Source of the DNA: Vicinamibacterales bacterium
GTDB lineage: Bacteria > Acidobacteriota > Vicinamibacteria > Vicinamibacterales > UBA8438
Assembly: GCA_965207675.1 (NCBI GenBank)
Contig: CBDBMY010000006.1
Coordinates: 23,358 to 87,357 of the forward strand
DNA: 64,000 nt
Direction of reading: 5' to 3'
The translations under genes were made by a program, and so were the position numbers. Shown in pieces: positions 54,623 through 63,540 of this stretch; position 1 is the first letter of the stretch; each line of letters starts with the position of its first letter. The notes below the pieces were generated by a model. It saw nothing but the letters and a program-made list of their open reading frames with translations. It was not told where the DNA came from and made no database searches.

Positions 54623-55423
54623 TCATGCGGCGAGAACCGCGTCGAGATTGGCACGTTCCAGAAGCGCGGCGTCGGCCGGCCGCTCCAGGAAGGGCTCCAC
54701 GTCGCGGATCAGGACGCCGGTGTCGAGGTCGGCGAGCCGCGTCCGAAGCAGGCGGCGCCAATCCGCGGCCCGGTGGCGGCCGGCGCCCTGCGTCTGGTCC
54801 AGGGCATGCTGGAGAAGCTCCATGTTCGGCACGACGGGCGGGCGACGCGACCGGTACCACACCAGGTCGAACCAGTCGCGGCCCTTCGGATACTTGCGCG
54901 TGAGCAACGCGTGCAGCTTGCCGGCCATCAGCGACGGCAGGTCGTAGTGACCGATCACGAACGTGAAGTGGCGGGTGACGACGGAGCGCCGGACCGCCGC
55001 CCCCGCGGGCGGACGGGTGTCGATCTCGACCTTGATGGAGAGGTTCTGTTGCTGATGACCCGACAGACCCGCTTCCGCCAGCAGCGCCGCGGTTCGGACC
55101 CAGGCGACCTGCACCGGCTTGCGGTCGATCCAGCGGACCGTGCTGTCGAAGCCGGCGAGATGGAGGTCCCGCTTGAGCTTGCGCAGCCAGCGCACGGGCT
55201 CGTACCCGTCGGACGAGACCTGCGAGAAATCGAGGTCTTCGGAGAACCGCGGGAGGCCCTCGAGAAGCCGCAGCGCGGTTCCGCCGACGAACGCGACGGC
55301 CCGCGATGCCTCGCTCTCATGGAGCGACCGCATGACGAAAGCCTGGAGGTACTCGCGCAGAGCGTTGAGCCTGCGGCCGGGATCGTCGAACCGCGACGCC
55401 GCGTCGAGGGCCCGGTCCTTCAC
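54623..55423 (-). CDS. abiEii: AbiEii/AbiGii-family nucleotidyltransferase toxin (type IV TA)
   Basis: The last 266 codons of track ORF 54623..56077(-). The GTG start overlaps the abiEi TGA (GTGA). NTase block AVAFVGGTALRLLEGLPRFSEDLDF. Later blocks LMAGKLHALLTRKYPKGRDWFDLVW. Confidence 0.85.
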   Translation of the reverse strand: MKDRALDAASRFDDPGRRLNALREYLQAFVMRSLHESEASRAVAFVGGTALRLLEGLPRFSEDLDFSQVSSDGYEPVRWLRKLKRDLHLAGFDSTVRWIDRKPVQVAWVRTAALLAEAGLSGHQQQNLSIKVEIDTRPPAGAAVRRSVVTRHFTFVIGHYDLPSLMAGKLHALLTRKYPKGRDWFDLVWYRSRRPPVVPNMELLQHALDQTQGAGRHRAADWRRLLRTRLADLDTGVLIRDVEPFLERPADAALLERANLDAVLAA

Positions 55424-56061
55424 AGGTCCACGCCGTCTTCCTGCGCGTCGCAGCACTCGCGCCACACTTGCACGGCGCGCAGAATGCGGGGCTTTCCCAT
55501 GCGCCGCGCCCAGGCCTGCAGACGATGGCGGTCGACCATCCCGGTCTGCTGGAACCGCATCTCGAGCATCCGCGGGCGATCCCATTCGCCGCTGCCCAGG
55601 TGAAACAGGTCGAGCAGCGCCTTCTCCGCCGTGGCCAGCACGACCTCGGCGCCGGCGATGGAGACGGTGCGGTAGCCGAAGAAGAAGCTCCGCTTGATGG
55701 CGGTGTAGTGGAATGCGCCGAACGGATTGTCGAACCTGCGCGGCGTGCGCGTGGTGACGCTGGTGTAGACGGACACGCCCTCCGGGATCAAGCCGAAGAA
55801 CGCGAGCGCCCACAGCCCGCTGATGTAGGAGGGCGAGTACAGCGCGTTGGCCAGAGCGGCCGGCGAGACCGCAGTCCGGCGATAACGATCCGCGAACGCG
55901 TACATTCCGCGGCGAAGCGGCACCAGCTTGCCCGCCCGGCTCCAGCGGTGAAGCTGATTCACCACCGTCGGATGCGACTCCTGAGTCAACTGCACGGCCG
56001 TGGCGAGATCGAAGAACGGCAACCCGCCCAGGAGGTCGACGGCCGTGTCGAGACGCATCAC
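55420..56061 (-). CDS. abiEi: AbiEi-family antitoxin / transcriptional regulator (type IV TA)
   Basis: (M)MRLDTAVDLLGGLPFFDLATAVQLTQESHPTVVNQLHRWSRAGKLVPLRRGMYAF (winged-helix N-domain typical of AbiEi). It lies directly upstream of the NTase toxin. Confidence 0.85.
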   Translation of the reverse strand: MMRLDTAVDLLGGLPFFDLATAVQLTQESHPTVVNQLHRWSRAGKLVPLRRGMYAFADRYRRTAVSPAALANALYSPSYISGLWALAFFGLIPEGVSVYTSVTTRTPRRFDNPFGAFHYTAIKRSFFFGYRTVSIAGAEVVLATAEKALLDLFHLGSGEWDRPRMLEMRFQQTGMVDRHRLQAWARRMGKPRILRAVQVWRECCDAQEDGVDL

Positions 56062-56066
56062 TCCCG

Positions 56067-56096
56067 ATAATCGGCAATAATGCCTATTTTTGTCAA
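56067..56096 (-). promoter_or_regulatory. candidate abiE promoter: TTGACA - 18 nt - GATTAT, ending about 6 nt before the abiEi start (possibly leaderless)
   Basis: The reverse strand reads gtcaTTGACAaaaataggcattattgccGATTATcgggaGTGATG. The spacer contains the short inverted repeat GGCA..TGCC. This is the only AT-rich patch in this intergenic region. Confidence 0.4.
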
Positions 56097-56174
56097 TGAC
56101 TCACGACGTTTCGCGCAAGAACGATTCGGTTCGGCGAGGGGAACGGAAGCGGCCGGCCACGTTCGCGCCGGCCG

Positions 56175-56906
56175 TCAGCGGAGGGGAACGTCGAGCATTC
56201 GCGCGGCCACACGGCGCGCGAGTCGCCGGGAGTGCCGGGCCTGCCGCCGGGGGTCTCCGCGCGTGCAGAGGGGGGCGAGATCGGCGGCGGTCAGCCCCGG
56301 AAGGACGGCGCTGGCCGGAACCGGCTGGAAACCCTCGGCCGAAGCCGCGTCGGGCGTCCAGATGCTGACCCCGTCCTTCCTGTCCCACGTCCAAACTTCC
56401 TTGACGCCCATTCGGAAGTAGGGAGCGAGCTTGTGGCGCGACCGGCGGCTCCGGTCGATCTCGACGACCAGGTCGGGCGGCGGCAGGCCGGTCCGCACGT
56501 CGAGGTAGTCGTCGACCTGCCGGGCGGCCCGTTCCGCCGCGGCGTCGAGATAGAAGCTCGCGTCGGCCTCGAAGGCGCCGTCGTCGCTCAGCAGACGGAG
56601 GGCGCCGGCCGGCGTCCACGAGACCTCGCGGCCCCCGTCCTCGAGCGCGTCCGCGATGCGCCCGAACAACTGGCCGATCCACCACGCCGGGCGCTCGTGC
56701 GCGAACCCCGGCTCGGCCACGAACTCGGCCAACCCGGTGTGCTCGTCGTACCGGCAGCGGGGTGCGTCGTCGTGGTCGGTCAACCTGTCGAAGAGGCCGC
56801 GGGGCATGGCGACCTCGATCCGCACGGGGACGTCGGGACCGCCGGCGGGCGCGGGGTCGCCGGCCGGCGGAGGAACGGCGACGGGGGCGACGGTCGGCGA
56901 AGCCAT
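56175..56906 (-). CDS. Uma2-like PD-(D/E)XK protein, paralogue 3 of 3
   Basis: The last 243 codons of track ORF 56175..58970(-), starting at the ATG with top base 56906 (MASPTVAPVAV...). Core PPPDLVVEIDRSRRSRHKLAPYFRMGVKEVWTWD. Confidence 0.75.
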   Translation of the reverse strand: MASPTVAPVAVPPPAGDPAPAGGPDVPVRIEVAMPRGLFDRLTDHDDAPRCRYDEHTGLAEFVAEPGFAHERPAWWIGQLFGRIADALEDGGREVSWTPAGALRLLSDDGAFEADASFYLDAAAERAARQVDDYLDVRTGLPPPDLVVEIDRSRRSRHKLAPYFRMGVKEVWTWDRKDGVSIWTPDAASAEGFQPVPASAVLPGLTAADLAPLCTRGDPRRQARHSRRLARRVAARMLDVPLR

Positions 56907-57051
56907 GTGCCTAACGTAGCACAACTCGCGGTCATCCGCCCACGCGCGACCGCCCGACCCGCGACAATCGCTCGGCCCGGGTTGCTTCGACCCGCACTGG
57001 CGCGTGGAGTCGGCACCCCCGCGTCCTGGGCACCGACCCACGGCGCTGCCG

Positions 57052-58955
57052 CTACGGCGCCCGCACATGCGGTGCGACCTGCAACACGAGCTGCGAGGGG
57101 TGCAGGTCGTCGTGCAGCACGCGCTGGGTCGCCGTCCGCACCTGCGCCTCTGCCCGAAGGGGGCGCCGGTGTTGGGGTTCCGGTCGAAGTGCGGGAAGTT
57201 CGACGAGCTGATCTCCAGCCGGATGCGGTGCCCGGCGCGGAACACGGTGGCGGTGTAGCCGAGGTCGATGGTGTAGTCGTGCGCGGCCCCCGGGGTGAGC
57301 CACGACTCGAGGTAGTCCGAGTTGCGGTACCGCGCGCGGACGATGCCCTCCGACACGTTGTGGGCGTAGCCGTCGAGGTGCACGTCGACGAGCTTGGCGG
57401 TGAAGTCGGTGTCGCGGGCCGACGACGCCGCCCACAGACGCACCTCCACCGGGCCGATGACGGTCAGGTCCTCGGCCAGCGGCTCGCTGGTGTAGACGAG
57501 CACGTCCTCGCGCCGCTCCACCTCGCGCTGGTCGAAGGCGCCCGAGGCGAGGAGGCCGTTCTGGCAGCACATGTTGCCGCCGACGGTGGGAACGGGGTCG
57601 CGGGGGTCGTAGACGTACTCGTCGGCCGGCCCGCCGGGGCCCTCGCCCGAGAGGACGCCGTCTCCGGCGGACGAGTTGGCCCCGCCGCCGCTCTGCAGGT
57701 AGAAGCGCGTCTCCACCGCGTCGGGCAGCGGGAACTCGTCGGCGGTGATCCAGAAACCGCCGCCGGCCGTGCCCTCGTCGGGCGGCGTCATCACGAAGAG
57801 CCGCACCGCGGGGTCGTCGGCGACGCCGTTGTCGACGCCCTTCAGCCAGTAGTCGAACCAGCGCGCCCACGCCGCGTTCAGGTCGAGCACGTTGTCGGGG
57901 CCGAAGTCGATGTCGCCGGCGGTGGTGTCGCCCGGGCAGGCGTGGCAGAGCGCGCGCATGATGAGCTTCGTGCCGTTCCGCGCAACGTCGGTCCCGCCCT
58001 CCTCGCGCACCCCCATGAAGTTGCGGATGGTGCCCTCCTGGAAGATGTCGTACCAGCCGCCCGTGATCAGGGCCGGCACCTCGACGAGCGGCCACTTCGT
58101 CTCGAGGTCGAGGTGGGCCCAGTAGTCGTCGTAGCTCGGGCGCGCGAGCCACTCGTCGTAGTAGGCGGCGATGTTGCCGCTGCGCCGGAACCCGGCGAAA
58201 TCGGCGAGGGGAAGCTGCCAGAGCCAGTCGTCGAGCAGCTTCTCCTGCCCCTCGGCGACGAACGCGCCGACCTGCTCGAGGGCCTGCGCCCTCGGCATCC
58301 CGCCCGCCTCGAGGCGCCGCTGCAGGGTGTCGGGGGCGAGGGTTTGCGCGGTCCAGCTCATGGCGAACCACAGATCGAACGCGCCGCCCTGGTACGTCCA
58401 CCCCTTGTGGTAGTCCGACGAGCTGTAGTGGGGGGCGATGGCCACGAGGTGCGGCGGCTGCTCGACCGCCGCCTGCCACTGCGTGAGCCCGACGTACGAG
58501 CCGCCGATCATGCCCACCTTGCCGTTCGACCACGGCCGCGCCGCCGCCCACTCGACCGCGTCGTAGCCGTCTGCCGCCTCCTGCCGCATGGCGTCGAACT
58601 CGCCCTCCGAGCGGTAGCGTCCCCGGGTGTCCTGGTTGAGCGTCGCGTAGCCGCGCGCCGCGAAGTAGCGCCCGGTGCCGGAGCCGCAGTCGCTGCCGGG
58701 GTTGGGCGAGCGCCGGTTGTAGGGCGTCCGCTGCAGGATCACGGGGAAGGGCCCGTCACCCGCCGGCAGGTACACCTCGGTCGCGAGCCTGACGCCGTCC
58801 CGCATCGGCGCCCACTCGACGGCGCAGCGCACGCCGTTCGTATCGCCGTCCTGCCCCTGATTCGCCGCCCGTGCCTCGACCCACCCCGCCGACGCGAGGA
58901 TCAGACCCGCCGCCGCGGCGAGAACCACGCTGTCGACCACGCATCGCTTCCGCAT
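57052..58955 (-). pseudogene. CocE/NonD-family (S15 X-Pro dipeptidyl-peptidase-like) hydrolase; the frame is broken by a 1-nt indel near 57153-57163
   Basis: Start at MRKRCVVDSVVLAAAAGLILASAGWVEARA (GGGGGAGG SD). Blocks VILQRTPYNRR and GMIGGSYVGLTQW (GxSxG). After ..FDRNPNTGAPFG the family-typical end AEAQVRTATQRVLHDDLHPSQLVLQV continues in the frame of ORF 57052..58551, with its stop at 57052. The break lies beside C3/G5 runs. Confidence 0.75.
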
Positions 58956-59355
58956 CGTCGCCTCCCCCAAGAAGCCGTGATGAAACGCTGCAGCATTCTA
59001 CCCACCCGCGATGCAGTCCTGCGCGCATCACCCTGCTTCGGGTTGCCCATGCCGAGCCGGCTCCCGCCGCCCCTCCCCCGGGCCCCCTTCAGCCGGCCGG
59101 CTCCTCGGCGCGCCCTCCCGTCGCGAACGCGGGTTGCGCGGTAGGCTGCCGCCGGGGGAATCGGCGGGCGCGGGACGTCCCTCGGAGGTCGAGCCGCCGT
59201 TCGCATCGAGCGCCGGCACCCGGGAAGAACCGCCGCGCGGCATGCTCCGCGGAGGCCAGCGGGTACACTAGACGGCAACTTCGAATTCCGGAGGCGTCAT
59301 TCCCGACCAGCCCGAGCCCCGCCAGCCGCCGGCTTCCCCGGCCGTCGATCGGCCG

Positions 59356-60834
59356 ATGTTCGGCCTCGCCCTGCTCTGCCTGCTCGGCGTGAGCCTTCCC
59401 ATCCTGATGGCACCGGAGGCAGCCGGCGCCGTCGTGTCCGCCGTCTACGAGTGGATGGCCCGCGAGCTGGGGCTGCTCTACCAGTGGGCGACCCTGTTCA
59501 CCCTGGGGTTCCTCGCCTGGCTCGCGCTCGGCCGCCACGGCTCTCGCGTCCTCGGCCGCTCGCCCGAGCCCGAGTACGGCAACGCGAGCTGGATGGCGAT
59601 GCTGTTCTGCGCCGGGATCGGCGGCGGGCTCATGTACTGGAGCTCCATCGAGTGGGCGTTCTACGTCGACCAGCCGCCGTTCGGGGTCGAGCCCGGCAGC
59701 CTGGCCGCGCGCGAGTGGGCCGCGACCTACGGCATCTTCCACTGGGGCCCCGCCGCGTGGGGCCTCTACGCGCTGCCGACGGTCGCCATCGCCTGGCCCT
59801 ACTACCGCTACGACCTCCCATGCCTGCGGTTCTCCGGCGCCCTCGTGGGCCTCTGCGGCCGCGGCTTCCCGGACCGGCCCGCCGGCCGCGCCGTCGACTT
59901 CTTCTTCATCATCGCCATCATCGGCGGCACCGGCACGTCGCTCGGCCTCACCACGCCGATGCTCGGCGCGGTGGCGGCGCGGCTCTTCGACATCGCCCAG
60001 TCACCCGGCCTGATCTGGGTCATCACCGGCGCCTGCGTCGGACTGTTCGGGGCCAGCGCCTACCTCGGCCTCGACCGCGGCATCAAGCGCCTCTCCAACG
60101 CCAACCTCGTGCTCGGCGCCGTCTTCCTCGCCTGGGTCCTCGCGGTCGGCCCGGCCCGGTTCGCCCTCGAGCTCGGCACGTCGTCGATGGGGCTCATGCT
60201 CCAGGAGTTCGTCCGCATGACCACGTGGACCGAGCCGCTCGCCGACACCGGCTTCGTCGAGGACTGGACGATCTTCTACTGGGCGTGGTGGGTCGCCTAC
60301 GGCCCGTTCATGGGGCTGTTCGTCACCCGCATCTCCCGCGGCCGCACCCTGCGCGCGCTCGTCCTGGGCATGGCCGGCTTCGGCACCCTGGGTTGCGCCG
60401 CGTTCTACGTCGTGTGGGGCAACAGCGTCCTGTGGCTCGACCTGCACGGGGGGCTCGACCTGCTCGACCTCGTCCGCGCCGGCGAGGCGGGCACCGCCAT
60501 CGCCGCCGCCCTCGGCGCGCTGGCCGGGCAGCCCGCGCCGCTGCTGCTGTTCCTGGTCCTCGGGTTCGTCTTCGTGGCCACCACCTACGATTCCGCCTCG
60601 TACGCGATCGCGGCGGCGGCGACCCGCGACCTGCGCCCCGGCGCCCATCCGCACCGCGCCCACCGCGTGTTCTGGGCGGCGGCGCTCGCCTTCCTGCCGG
60701 TAGCGCTGATCGTCATCGGCAGCCTCGAGGCGGTGCGCTCGTCGGTGCTCGTGGCGTCGCTGCCGATCCTCGTTATCGGGGCCCTGGCCGTCGTGTCGCT
60801 CCTGCGGTCCCTGCAGGATGAGGACACGGCATGA
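59356..60834 (+). CDS. BCCT-family (betaine/carnitine/choline-type) transporter
   Basis: 492-aa ORF. BCCT signature WTIFYWAWWVAYGPFMGLFVTRISRGRTLR and multiple hydrophobic helices. The true start may lie upstream (see rejected notes). Confidence 0.85.
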   Translation: MFGLALLCLLGVSLPILMAPEAAGAVVSAVYEWMARELGLLYQWATLFTLGFLAWLALGRHGSRVLGRSPEPEYGNASWMAMLFCAGIGGGLMYWSSIEWAFYVDQPPFGVEPGSLAAREWAATYGIFHWGPAAWGLYALPTVAIAWPYYRYDLPCLRFSGALVGLCGRGFPDRPAGRAVDFFFIIAIIGGTGTSLGLTTPMLGAVAARLFDIAQSPGLIWVITGACVGLFGASAYLGLDRGIKRLSNANLVLGAVFLAWVLAVGPARFALELGTSSMGLMLQEFVRMTTWTEPLADTGFVEDWTIFYWAWWVAYGPFMGLFVTRISRGRTLRALVLGMAGFGTLGCAAFYVVWGNSVLWLDLHGGLDLLDLVRAGEAGTAIAAALGALAGQPAPLLLFLVLGFVFVATTYDSASYAIAAAATRDLRPGAHPHRAHRVFWAAALAFLPVALIVIGSLEAVRSSVLVASLPILVIGALAVVSLLRSLQDEDTA

Positions 60835-61014
60835 CCAACGCCGGCGGCGGGGTCCGGTCACCGCGGCCGGCGGCGCCCTGCTCCTGCCGGACGGTGCGCG
60901 GCGGACCGGCGGCCTCGCGTTGTCGCTCGCCGGCGCCGCCGAGGCGCAGCTGCTCCTGCCGGACGGTGCGCGGCGGACCGGCGACGGGAAGCAGATGGAG
61001 GACACGGCATGACC
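60820..61014. repeat. duplicated gene junction: gaggacacggcatgacc at 60820-60836 and 60998-61014, with an internal 34-nt direct repeat (60878-60911 and 60950-60983)
   Basis: The first copy holds the BCCT stop codon (ATGA overlap configuration). The second holds the oxidoreductase ATG at 61009. The internal repeat is ctgctcctgccggacggtgcgcggcggaccggcg, present twice. Confidence 0.8.
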
Positions 61015-62274
61015 CGTGGTGCCGCAACCGGCCGCCGACTCGGCATCGGGTTCATCGGGAGCGGGTTCATCACCCGCTTCCACATCCGGTCGATGGTCGG
61101 CGTGCGGGACGCCGACGTGCGCGGGTGCTGGAGCCCGCGCCGCGAGCACGCCGAGGAAGCGGCGGCGCTCGCCCGCGAGCTCGACGTGGGCGACGCCCGG
61201 GCGTTCCCCTCGATCGAGGCGATGGCCGCCGACCCGGCCGTCGACGCCATCTGGCTGTGCGGGCCGAACCACAGGCGCATCGAGAACCTGGAAGCGGTCG
61301 CGGCCGCGGTGCAGGCCGGGGCGGCCCTGCGCGGGGTGGCGTGCGAGAAGCCCCTGGCCCGCACCGTCGCCGAGGCGAAGCGGATGCGTGCGCTCGTGGC
61401 AGAGGCCGGCCTCAACCACGGCTATCTCGAGAACCAGATCTTCGCGCCGGCCGTCTCCCGCGGGCGCGAGCTGCTGTGGCGCCGGGGCGCCGCCCTCACC
61501 GGCCGGCCCTATCTCGCCCGCGCCGCCGAGGAGCACAGCGGCCCCCACCGGCCGTGGTTCTGGCGCGGCGACCTGCAGGGCGGCGGGGTGCTGAACGACA
61601 TGGCCTGCCACTCGGTCGAGGTGGTGCGGCACCTGCTGACCGCGCCCGGCGCGCCGCGGGCGTCCATCCGGCCGCGGCGGGTGACCGGACGCATCGCCTC
61701 GCTGAAGTGGACCCGGCCGGAGTACGCGGCCCGGCTGCGGCAGGCCATGGGGGCCGAGGTCGACTACCGGGCGCGCCCGGCCGAGGACTTCGCCAGCGTG
61801 ACCATCGAGTACGAGGCCGAGGACGGGGCGCCTCTCGTCGGCGAGGCCACCACGTCGTGGGGCTTCGTGGGGGCGGGGCTGCGGCTCAGCCTGGAGCTGC
61901 TCGGCCCCGAGTACTCGCTGTCGGCGAACTCGCTCGACAGCGGTGTCAAGCTCTTCTTCAGCCGCGCGGTGCAGGGAGAGGCGGGCGAGGACCTCGTCGA
62001 GAAGCAGAACGCCGAGGTCGGCTCCATGCCGGTGGTCGTCGACGAGGCGTCCGAGTACGGCTACACGGCCGAGAACCGCCACATGGTCCGCGCGTTCCTG
62101 CGGGGAGACGCACCCGACGTGACGTTCGACGACGGCGTCGAGGTGGTCGCGCTGCTCATGACCGCGTACATGAGCGCCGAGCAGGGCCACACCCTGCCGT
62201 TCCCGCCGGAGGGGCTCGACGCCTTCGTCCCCGCGGTGGCGCGCGGCGCGTGGAAGGGAAGCAGCGCCATGTAG
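61009..62274 (+). CDS. Gfo/Idh/MocA-family NAD(P)-dependent oxidoreductase
   Basis: Rossmann start LGIGFIGSGFITRFHIRSM, then ACEKPLARTVAEAKRM and GYLENQIFAP, typical of the family. Confidence 0.85.
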   Translation: MTRGAATGRRLGIGFIGSGFITRFHIRSMVGVRDADVRGCWSPRREHAEEAAALARELDVGDARAFPSIEAMAADPAVDAIWLCGPNHRRIENLEAVAAAVQAGAALRGVACEKPLARTVAEAKRMRALVAEAGLNHGYLENQIFAPAVSRGRELLWRRGAALTGRPYLARAAEEHSGPHRPWFWRGDLQGGGVLNDMACHSVEVVRHLLTAPGAPRASIRPRRVTGRIASLKWTRPEYAARLRQAMGAEVDYRARPAEDFASVTIEYEAEDGAPLVGEATTSWGFVGAGLRLSLELLGPEYSLSANSLDSGVKLFFSRAVQGEAGEDLVEKQNAEVGSMPVVVDEASEYGYTAENRHMVRAFLRGDAPDVTFDDGVEVVALLMTAYMSAEQGHTLPFPPEGLDAFVPAVARGAWKGSSAM

Positions 62275-62682
62275 TCGACCGGCGCCCGACGCTGCGCGGG
62301 GCGCCTGCTCGGACAGGGGCCGCCACTGCGACCCCCAAGCCATGCGGAACCGGACTTGTCGAGACGGACTCTCGGCGCCCAGGTACAAGGGGCCGGCCCG
62401 CGTCCGGGCTCGCGAACGGGTCGACCTGCCCGACCGCCTGTTCCGGCTCTAGGTTACGCTGAGGCCGGTGCTCCCCGGATGCTGCGGGCGCTACGCAGGG
62501 AGAGATGACGGCGGCCGCTCCCCCGGCCGAGTTGCGTCGGCAGTTGCTGCTACACTGGCCCGGCTCCGCGGAAAGGGCGTTGGAGCCGGGCCATCGCTAC
62601 TGCATCGCGACCGCCGACCTCCGGAGGAACCGGGTTGTGACACGCGACTCGGTAAGGGCCACCGGAGCGAGGAGCGAACTCC

Positions 62683-63270
62683 ATGGGAGCAATGAGCGAC
62701 GCCCTGGAAAACAACGTCGCGGTGCGAACAAGTAAAGCCACCTACCAGGACATACTCGACGCCCCGGAGCACCAGGTCGCCGAGATCATCGACGGCACCC
62801 TCTACACCCACCCGCGCCCGGCACCGGCACATGCAGTGGCCAGCTCAGTGCTCGGCGGCGAACTCGGCCCGCCGTTCCACAGGGGTCGGGGAGGCCCGGG
62901 AGGCTGGTGGATCATCTTCGAGCCGGAGCTGCACCTCGGGGACGAGATCCTCGTCCCCGACCTGGCGGGGTGGCGCCGGGAACGCATGCCGAAGCTGCCC
63001 GACACGGCGTACTTCGGGCTCGCGCCGGATTGGGTATGCGAGGTGATCTCGGTATCGTCGCGCAAGATCGATCTGCACGGCAAGCGCCCGATCTACGCCC
63101 GCGAAAGCGTCGGGCACCTGTGGCTCATCGACCCGGCGGATCAAACGCTGGACGCGCTGGAGCTGCACGAAGGACAGTGGGTGCTGATCGGCAGCGCGAA
63201 GGACGAGGAATCGGTGAGCATCCGACCGTTCGACGCGATCTCGTTCAGTCTTGGAGACTTGTGGGACTGA
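62683..63270 (+). CDS. Uma2-family (DUF820) endonuclease
   Basis: ..YQDILDAPEHQVAEIIDGTLYTHPRP.., ILVPDLAGW, APDWVCEVISVSSRKIDLHGKRPIYARESVGHLWLIDP (canonical Uma2 D..E-V-x-S..K..Y...GV...W.ID). GAGGAG SD upstream of the ATG at 62683. Confidence 0.85.
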   Translation: MGAMSDALENNVAVRTSKATYQDILDAPEHQVAEIIDGTLYTHPRPAPAHAVASSVLGGELGPPFHRGRGGPGGWWIIFEPELHLGDEILVPDLAGWRRERMPKLPDTAYFGLAPDWVCEVISVSSRKIDLHGKRPIYARESVGHLWLIDPADQTLDALELHEGQWVLIGSAKDEESVSIRPFDAISFSLGDLWD

Positions 63271-63540
63271 CCCCGCAACTTCCGAGACGATGTCCGGCCC
63301 GCCGCTCCAACTCCAGGCCGCCTCCGGCACCCACGCACCGCGCCTCCCCGACCCGCCGACCTCCGCGACGTCAAGGCGTTTCGGGCCCAGGGGGAGAGGG
63401 CGGCCAGGTCGTCTGGGAGACGCCTTGACCTCGACAGGCGCCTGTGCGATGTTTGCGCCTGGAGAGACGTTAATCGAGGAGACCGCGACGGCGCGGTCCC
63501 GATCGAGGAGACCGCGCCGCGGTCCTGGAGGAGGTTTCAG

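Noticed and set aside
54623-56077. 484-aa - strand ORF treated as one gene
   Set aside because: Only its last 266 codons (from the GTG at 55423) look like protein (AbiEii NTase). The upstream part is a shadow of the abiEi gene, which lies in another frame.
56175-58970. 931-aa hydrolase-Uma2 fusion protein
   Set aside because: The connecting segment (RRRCGRRPSACCTTTCTPRSSCCRSHRMCGRR...) is not protein-like. The genuine hydrolase C-terminus and stop lie in another frame, and the Uma2-like part has its own ATG and a conserved leader.
59290-59355. Upstream non-canonical ATT start for the BCCT transporter (ggaggcgtcATT, with a good SD)
   Set aside because: It is attractive because the in-frame upstream residues (..VDRPMFGL..) look like part of the BCCT N-terminus and a GGAGG precedes the ATT. 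ATT starts are rare, however, and I cannot verify this without homologue alignment or proteomics, so the ATG at 59356 is reported.
60831-62462. 543-aa + strand ORF starting at the ATG that overlaps the BCCT stop
   Set aside because: It is an Arg/Pro/Gly-rich shadow of the Gfo/Idh/MocA gene (61009..62274), whose frame has the Rossmann and family motifs.
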